From positions 1-64,000 of the forward strand of contig CAYMEV010000010.1 in assembly GCA_964389675.1 (NCBI GenBank): a stretch of 64,000 bases of DNA, given 5' to 3'. The notes beneath the pieces are model-generated. The model was not told the origin of the DNA, searched no databases, and worked only from the letters and a program-made list of their open reading frames with translations. Positions 58,508-64,000 of this stretch are shown here, piece by piece. Within the stretch, counting starts at the first letter, position 1, and every line of letters starts with the position of its first letter. A program made the translations under genes and the position numbers. The stretch comes from an uncultured Candidatus Sumerlaeota bacterium. Its GTDB lineage: Bacteria > CAYMEV01.

Positions 58508-59827
58508 TTAAATGTACTCCTTCATAATCCTTTTATAATGCTCCACTCCTGGCTGATCAAAGGGGTTTATCTGCATCAGTATTCCTTCAATAACAGTGCT
58601 TGCCTCAAAAAATACGATCATAGCTCCAACTGTGAAGGCATTTAGCCTTTCCATTTTTATGCAGCAGTTCGGCCTATTATCCTCATATAGTGCTCTCTGA
58701 TTGGCTTTAAGCGCAGCGTGCATCATCCTGTCAAAGCTTCCTCTGTAAATATTCAGAGGGCTGGGCATATTCATAACCGGAATATCACATCCATGATCCT
58801 CAATTTCAATAAATGTGATCATTTTATCCCTGCTGCCCTCCTGATGCTGCTGGGTCTGGCTGTGCATGTCAGTGGTGCCGATCGCAAGAAGAGGGGTCCT
58901 CCCTTTGCCTTTTTTGCCAAGGCTTTCTGAAAATAGCTGGATATACCACAGGCCAAGATAATGAAGCCGGTCGGAATAAGGCATAAGCACAGTGATGTTC
59001 TTTCTCTTCCTGTAATTAAGGAAACCTATATCAGCATAGCATAGAGCAGGATTTAATCTGTAATCCTGTAAAAAGAGATGATCGGTCATCTTCCTGGCAC
59101 CAGCAAGAAGCAGATCAATGTCAATCCCGACAATAGCAGAGCTTAACAGGCCGACAACGCTCAGCACACTGAACCTTCCACCTATATATTCAGGCATTAG
59201 GAAGGTATAAATGCCATTTTCCCTGCCAAAATCAAACAGGATGCTTTTCTGAAAACCGGTTATAATGGTAATTCTATCTTCCAGATCAAGGTTTTTGTCT
59301 TTCAGAAGATTATAGAAATAGCTGAATGAAGCCAGGGGTTCAAGGGTGCTTCCAGATTTTGATGTAATAATGATATGAAGCTTATCCAGCTCGATCAGGC
59401 CCAGTATTTCTTTTACAGATTGAGGGTCCAGATTATTTCCAAGGAAGTACAGCTTGGGAAAAGAATCCCCTTCATTATACCTTATGCCCTTTAAAGCTTG
59501 AAAAAGAGCGGAGTTCCCGAGATAGGAGCCTCCTATTCCAAACGAGATTACATATTTGAAATTTGAACTGATATATCTGGCTCTTTCTTTGATTTTATCA
59601 ATTTGCTGCTTATCCTGAAACGGCAGGTCGAAAAAGAGTGCTTTTTCGCCGTGCTCAAGGAGCTTTCCCCCTCTGATCGAGTATATTTCAGAGATCGCCG
59701 AGCTGTTAATGTGCGATAACTGAGCTAACTCAGATTCACTTAACAGGTCTGGCGATGAACTTCCTTCGCTATTAAAGCAGTTTGAGAAATCAATGGATAA
59801 TCCAGTTTCTTTCAGATCAATTATCAT
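58508..59827 (-). CDS. pgi: Glucose-6-phosphate isomerase
   Basis: GIGGSYLG, SKSGSTLE, IGGRFSVLS, QLFSESLGK, DMHS, NPFDQPGVEHYK. Confidence 0.95.
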   Translation of the reverse strand: MIIDLKETGLSIDFSNCFNSEGSSSPDLLSESELAQLSHINSSAISEIYSIRGGKLLEHGEKALFFDLPFQDKQQIDKIKERARYISSNFKYVISFGIGGSYLGNSALFQALKGIRYNEGDSFPKLYFLGNNLDPQSVKEILGLIELDKLHIIITSKSGSTLEPLASFSYFYNLLKDKNLDLEDRITIITGFQKSILFDFGRENGIYTFLMPEYIGGRFSVLSVVGLLSSAIVGIDIDLLLAGARKMTDHLFLQDYRLNPALCYADIGFLNYRKRKNITVLMPYSDRLHYLGLWYIQLFSESLGKKGKGRTPLLAIGTTDMHSQTQQHQEGSRDKMITFIEIEDHGCDIPVMNMPSPLNIYRGSFDRMMHAALKANQRALYEDNRPNCCIKMERLNAFTVGAMIVFFEASTVIEGILMQINPFDQPGVEHYKRIMKEYI

Positions 59828-60020
59828 TTATATTCTGGTCTGTAATTGATGAAATAATACCGATAAATTCCTGGAATCCAGTATCAGGTATTATAATGGA
59901 AGACCTTTTTCCGCTTGCTTCTGTTATCCTGAGAAATTTTCCATTATTATTCTCTTTAAGATCAAAATAAAAGGTTTTCTGTTCAACTTTAAATGTTTTT
60001 GAAACTAATTTCTGTTCCAT
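59817..60020 (-). CDS. PUR-repeat ssDNA/RNA-binding protein
   Basis: SKTFKVEQKTFYFDLKENNNGKFLRITE..KRSSIIIP..GFQEF matches the pattern of a single PUR repeat. Confidence 0.85.
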   Translation of the reverse strand: MEQKLVSKTFKVEQKTFYFDLKENNNGKFLRITEASGKRSSIIIPDTGFQEFIGIISSITDQNINDN

Positions 60021-60027
60021 TTCTGTC

Positions 60028-61476
60028 TTAGCATTCCTCCGCTTTTTTTATTTTTCTTATGTGCAGTAGATTTGTCTGAGGAGTATTTTCTATTATGTCT
60101 GATATTCCAGCAGAATATAATATAATATCTTCTGGCTGTAAAGAATATATATCAGAAGCCTTTTTAATAGAATTCTCCATCTGATCTCCGAAATTTTCCT
60201 TATATTCTATTTCATAGGGGTATACTCCCCAAAACATAAGCAGGATATTTATAATCTTTTTGCTGTAGGTAAAGGCCAGGATCGGGCTTTTTGGCCTGTA
60301 TCTTGATAAAAGCCTTGCAGTCTTTCCTGTTTTTGTAGTGCAGATAAGGCATTTTGCATCCAGGTCATCACCGGCGATCATAGCAGACCTGGATATGGCA
60401 TCTGCAATTATATCATCAGATATCAGCTTTCTCATGAATTTTGTGCTGTGCTGTGAAAGCCATTTTTCAATCTTGAATGATGTCTTTTTTAGAATCTCTA
60501 CAGCTTTTACAGGGTGTTTGCCTACGGCAGTCTCACCGGACAGCATTACAGCATCAGTCCCATCCAGTATTGCATTTGCAATATCGCTAATCTCTGCCCT
60601 TGTAGGTTCTTCATTTATAATCATTGATTCCAGCATTTGTGTGGCTACTATTACAGGAATACCGTACTGGTTGGATTTCTGGATTATGGATTTCTGGTGA
60701 ATAGGTATATCAAAGTAGGATGTTTCAATTGCCAGATCTCCACGTGCAACAACAACGAAGTCAGAGTTTGTAATTATTTCGTCCAGATGGTCAATTGAGC
60801 TTTGAGTCTCTATTTTAGACCCGATCTTCATATTTTCAGCATTCATTTCCTTAAGTTTATTCTTAAACAGCAGGATATCATCCCTTGTCTGTATAAAGCT
60901 CAGCATTATGAAGTCAACCCCGTTTTTTGCACAAAAGCTGAAATCACGGATATCCTTATCAAGGTGGCTTGAAAGCTTTATTACATGCCCCGGAAGATGC
61001 AGACCCATATGGCTTTTTATTCTTCCTTCATTTGCCACTTTTACGCAAATAGAACCGGGAAGGGTTTTTTCACAGATGAGTTCGATTTCACCGTCTCCAA
61101 GTACTATTTTCTGCCCGGGTACAATGGAATCGAATACTTCCTTGTCAGGCAGGGGGATCTCATCCGGATCTTCTGTTCTTTCTTCATTTATTATGCTGAC
61201 TTTGCTGTTTATAGAAAGCTTCGGATCTTTTGTGGAAATATTCCCGATCCTTATTTTAGGCCCCTGCAGGTCCCCTATTATTGCTGCAGGAGCGTCAAGC
61301 TTATTCGAGGCATCCCTTATTATCCTGATTATTCCCGCTGCCTGTGAATGACTGCTGTGGCTGAAATTGATCCTGAATATGCTTACGCCGGCCAGCATAA
61401 GTTTTTCAACCATCTCCCTGCTGTTGGTCGCCGGGCCTAATGTAGCAATTAATTTTGTTTTAGGCTTTTTGATCAT
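60028..61476 (-). CDS. pyk: Pyruvate kinase
   Basis: TKLIATLGPA, RINFSH, DLQGPKIR, SKIE, VARGDL, ATQMLESM, DAVMLSGETA; the ATG at 61476 is the likelier start. Confidence 0.96.
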   Translation of the reverse strand: MIKKPKTKLIATLGPATNSREMVEKLMLAGVSIFRINFSHSSHSQAAGIIRIIRDASNKLDAPAAIIGDLQGPKIRIGNISTKDPKLSINSKVSIINEERTEDPDEIPLPDKEVFDSIVPGQKIVLGDGEIELICEKTLPGSICVKVANEGRIKSHMGLHLPGHVIKLSSHLDKDIRDFSFCAKNGVDFIMLSFIQTRDDILLFKNKLKEMNAENMKIGSKIETQSSIDHLDEIITNSDFVVVARGDLAIETSYFDIPIHQKSIIQKSNQYGIPVIVATQMLESMIINEEPTRAEISDIANAILDGTDAVMLSGETAVGKHPVKAVEILKKTSFKIEKWLSQHSTKFMRKLISDDIIADAISRSAMIAGDDLDAKCLICTTKTGKTARLLSRYRPKSPILAFTYSKKIINILLMFWGVYPYEIEYKENFGDQMENSIKKASDIYSLQPEDIILYSAGISDIIENTPQTNLLHIRKIKKAEEC

Positions 61477-61526
61477 CTTATCCCTGCAAAGCGCAACTAT
61501 GGAGTAAATCCCCACCCCATTATAAA

Positions 61527-61555
61527 ATTTTAGTCCATGGGCAGGCCATAGTCAA
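61527..61555 (-). promoter_or_regulatory. Sigma-70 promoter of the pyk operon
   Basis: Minus strand TTGACT-17 nt-TAAAAT. Confidence 0.7.
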
Positions 61556-61626
61556 GAATAAATTATTATATTCAATGGATTCAGGCAGTATTATAAGTTC
61601 TGCTGATAATACCGGAAAAATTAAAA

Positions 61627-61655
61627 TTGACTATTATGCTGTTTGGATATAAACT
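61627..61655 (+). promoter_or_regulatory. Sigma-70 promoter of the clp gene
   Basis: TTGACT-17 nt-TAAACT. Confidence 0.6.
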
Positions 61656-61675
61656 AAAATAAGGGTAGATAAAAA

Positions 61676-63553
61676 ATGAATATCAAGCAGGACAAAAAAG
61701 GCATACTGGATGAGATAACTGTAAACCTCAGCGTCAAGCTGTTTTTGGAATCCTACTTCTCTCTGATCGGAAGAGACCGTGAGCTTATGTCATTGATAGA
61801 GATCCTCAGCTGCAAACAGAAAAACAGCTGTATAATTATCGGGGATCCCGGGGTAGGAAAGAATGCCCTTGTAGAAGGCCTTGCACAGAGGATAAACCAG
61901 GAGGATGTCCCTGAAAACCTGAGAAACAAAGAAATTCTGATGCTTTCAATGGTCTCTCTCCTTGCAGGTACAAAATACCGGGGCGAGTTTGAAGAGAGAA
62001 TGCTAAGGTTTATACAGGAGCTCAAGCTCAGGAACTGCATATTGTTCATAGATGATTATCATACCATTGTAAGGAGCTATGTAAGCAAGGGTACGAATAC
62101 TGATATTCAGTCGATCCTGAAACCCGCTGTTGAGATGGGTGAAATCCAGATAATCGGAACTGCCACATATGACGATTACCGCCTGATAGTAGAAAAAGAC
62201 CCGTCTCTTGAACAGAAATTTCAAAAACTTGAGCTTCCTGAACTGGATATGGATACAACCATAAAGATACTGAACAGCATCAAAGCGAAATTTGAGATAT
62301 ATCATACTGTCCTTTTTTCAGATAAAGCTGTCGAGATGGCAGCAAAGCTGTCAAGGGTCCATCTTCGGGACAGAGCCCTGCCGGACAAAGCTATAGAGGT
62401 AATTGACAGAGCAGGGTCGAAGGTCAGGGTAAGGAAGGGCAAAGACATGGAAGTCATTGTGGTTACCGAGGATGATATTGCTGATGTAGTTTCGGAGATC
62501 TCCAATATTCCGAAATCCAAGCTGATGTCCCTTAAAGTCGAGAGGCTTCTTGAGATGGAAGATTTTCTCAAGAACAGGATCATAGGGCAGGATGGCGCAA
62601 TAAATACAGTTTCAGAGGTAATAAGGAGCAAAAAGCTCGGATATGACCTCTATCCATTCAGGCCAGACGGTGTTTTCCTTTTTGTGGGCCCGACAGGTGT
62701 TGGCAAGACAGAGCTTTCAAAATGCCTTACTGAATTCCTTTTTGGTGACCCAGATAAAATAATAAGGCTGGACATGTCAGAGTATATGGAAAATATAGCC
62801 GGTGCTAAGCTTATAGGAACTGCTCCCGGTTATGTAGGGTATCATGACCAGAATCAGCTTGCTGATAAGATCAGGAAAAATCCATATTGCCTTGTTCTTC
62901 TGGATGAAATTGAAAAAGCAAATCCAAGCGTACTGTCCATTTTCCTGCAGGTATTTGATGCTGGACACCTTACAACCGGTAAAGGCAACAGGGTATATTT
63001 CAATAATACTATTATTGTAATGACCAGCAATATCGCAAGTGAGCTGTACAAGAAGGTACCTGTGGGCTATGCGCAAGGCAACGATTTTGATAAATTTGAG
63101 AGAAGGAGTGTCAGCAATTCAGAGCTTATGAATGAGGTAAGGCAGTTTTTTGCTCCTGAATTCCTCAACAGGATAGATGAAATTGTGTTTTTTAATCCCT
63201 TATCCAAATCCGATATCTACAAAATACTTGATATGAACCTTGGCTTTGTTGTTGATAAGCTGAAAAAAGAGGATAAGCATCTTGTACTTTCGCAAAAGGC
63301 CAGAGACCTCATTGCAAATAAGGGATATTCGTTTGAATACGGTGCCAGAAACCTTAACAGGATGATAAGGAAATACCTTCTGGATAAGCTGGCTTTAACC
63401 AGCATGGCCGGCAGCTGGAATGATGGAAATGTGGTTTACATCGATGCTGCGGATGATGAAATAGCTATAAAAGTACTGAATGAAGAAGAATTTAAGCAGA
63501 TTGAAAAAATAGACCAGGCAAATGAGGCATCAGATGAATACAAGGAAATCTGA
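61676..63553 (+). CDS. Clp/Hsp100 class I ATPase without N-domain, with degenerate NBD1
   Basis: IGRDRE, AGTKYRGEFEER, LPDKAI, IIGQD, FVGPTGVGKTE, LDMSEY, PGYVGY, LLDEIEKA, MTSN, PEFLNRIDE, YGARNL. Confidence 0.92.
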   Translation: MNIKQDKKGILDEITVNLSVKLFLESYFSLIGRDRELMSLIEILSCKQKNSCIIIGDPGVGKNALVEGLAQRINQEDVPENLRNKEILMLSMVSLLAGTKYRGEFEERMLRFIQELKLRNCILFIDDYHTIVRSYVSKGTNTDIQSILKPAVEMGEIQIIGTATYDDYRLIVEKDPSLEQKFQKLELPELDMDTTIKILNSIKAKFEIYHTVLFSDKAVEMAAKLSRVHLRDRALPDKAIEVIDRAGSKVRVRKGKDMEVIVVTEDDIADVVSEISNIPKSKLMSLKVERLLEMEDFLKNRIIGQDGAINTVSEVIRSKKLGYDLYPFRPDGVFLFVGPTGVGKTELSKCLTEFLFGDPDKIIRLDMSEYMENIAGAKLIGTAPGYVGYHDQNQLADKIRKNPYCLVLLDEIEKANPSVLSIFLQVFDAGHLTTGKGNRVYFNNTIIVMTSNIASELYKKVPVGYAQGNDFDKFERRSVSNSELMNEVRQFFAPEFLNRIDEIVFFNPLSKSDIYKILDMNLGFVVDKLKKEDKHLVLSQKARDLIANKGYSFEYGARNLNRMIRKYLLDKLALTSMAGSWNDGNVVYIDAADDEIAIKVLNEEEFKQIEKIDQANEASDEYKEI

Positions 63554-63728
63554 CAGTTATTCTGTTCAAAAAGTTGTAGAGCTTTCAATTGTTACAGATA
63601 TTGAAATAGAGAATGCAATAAACCAGGCACAGAAGGATGGCTGGTTGTTTCAGGACATAAAGTTTGTGGTGCGTGAAGCAAGCAAAAGGCCTTCCATGGC
63701 ATTCCTGTTCTTTGAAAAAGCAGAATGA
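63522..63728 (+). CDS. Small hypothetical protein (DUF4177-like)
   Basis: Overlaps the clp stop; IENAIN..KDGW....I..V.........FLFFEK pattern. Confidence 0.55.
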   Translation: MRHQMNTRKSDSYSVQKVVELSIVTDIEIENAINQAQKDGWLFQDIKFVVREASKRPSMAFLFFEKAE

Positions 63729-63777
63729 GGGCCTCTCAGGGCAAAAACGCCCATATTCCTGCCTTAATCCTCAGATC

Positions 63778-63999
63778 CTACATTGCAGCTACTGATTTTG
63801 CAATAGTATCATCTATTGATTCCTGAAGCTGAGGAGGGAGTCCCTTTATTTTCAGGTCCAGAAATCCCTGCAGGATAAGGTTCCGTGAATTTTCCTCAGA
63901 GATGCCCTTGGACATGAGGTAGTTTATTTCTTCCTGGCCGATGGAACCCACAGATGCCTCGTGACTGAGCTCGACGTTTTTTGCTTTTGCATTGAGTGC
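63778..63999 (-). CDS. sufB: SufB/SufD family Fe-S assembly protein, C-terminal fragment (5' end outside window)
   Basis: Not in the ORF track. My translation of the minus strand gives ALNAKAKNVELSHEASVGSIGQEEINYLMSKGISEENSRNLILQGFLDLKIKGLPPQLQESIDDTIAKSVAAM*. Confidence 0.85.
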   Translation of the reverse strand, partial: ALNAKAKNVELSHEASVGSIGQEEINYLMSKGISEENSRNLILQGFLDLKIKGLPPQLQESIDDTIAKSVAAM

Positions 64000-64000
64000 A

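Overview
Gene-dense chromosomal segment of a diderm (TolC, LolA, MCE-like), probably anaerobic bacterium. I see no integrase, transposase, prophage or CRISPR array. Housekeeping content: uvrA (partial), a TetR-controlled RND efflux operon with a tandem palindromic operator, LonC-type protease, ilvE, a split LKR/SDH saccharopine pair, menA-like gene, yhaM, a sigma-70 factor, three tRNAs, thiC, pyk/pgi, a Clp ATPase and the end of sufB. The most striking signal is that three unrelated large secreted proteins (Kgp-like C25 cysteine protease, Kelch propeller, HEXXH metalloprotease) end in the same ~220-aa tail: a CARDB-like domain plus an LPVEL domain with a basic 'RLxxRKxxPFV' insert. None carries the T9SS C-terminal domain that usually follows LPVEL domains, so the tail is a candidate new C-terminal sorting or anchoring module. 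Other leads: a Clp/Hsp100 ATPase with no N-domain and a degenerate first AAA ring; two divergent circularly permuted ATP-grasp ligases flanking an FHA-less ABCG-type exporter and a Ser/Thr kinase; and a PUR-repeat protein between pyk and pgi behind a G-rich leader hairpin. All calls come from motif recognition by eye; no searches were run.
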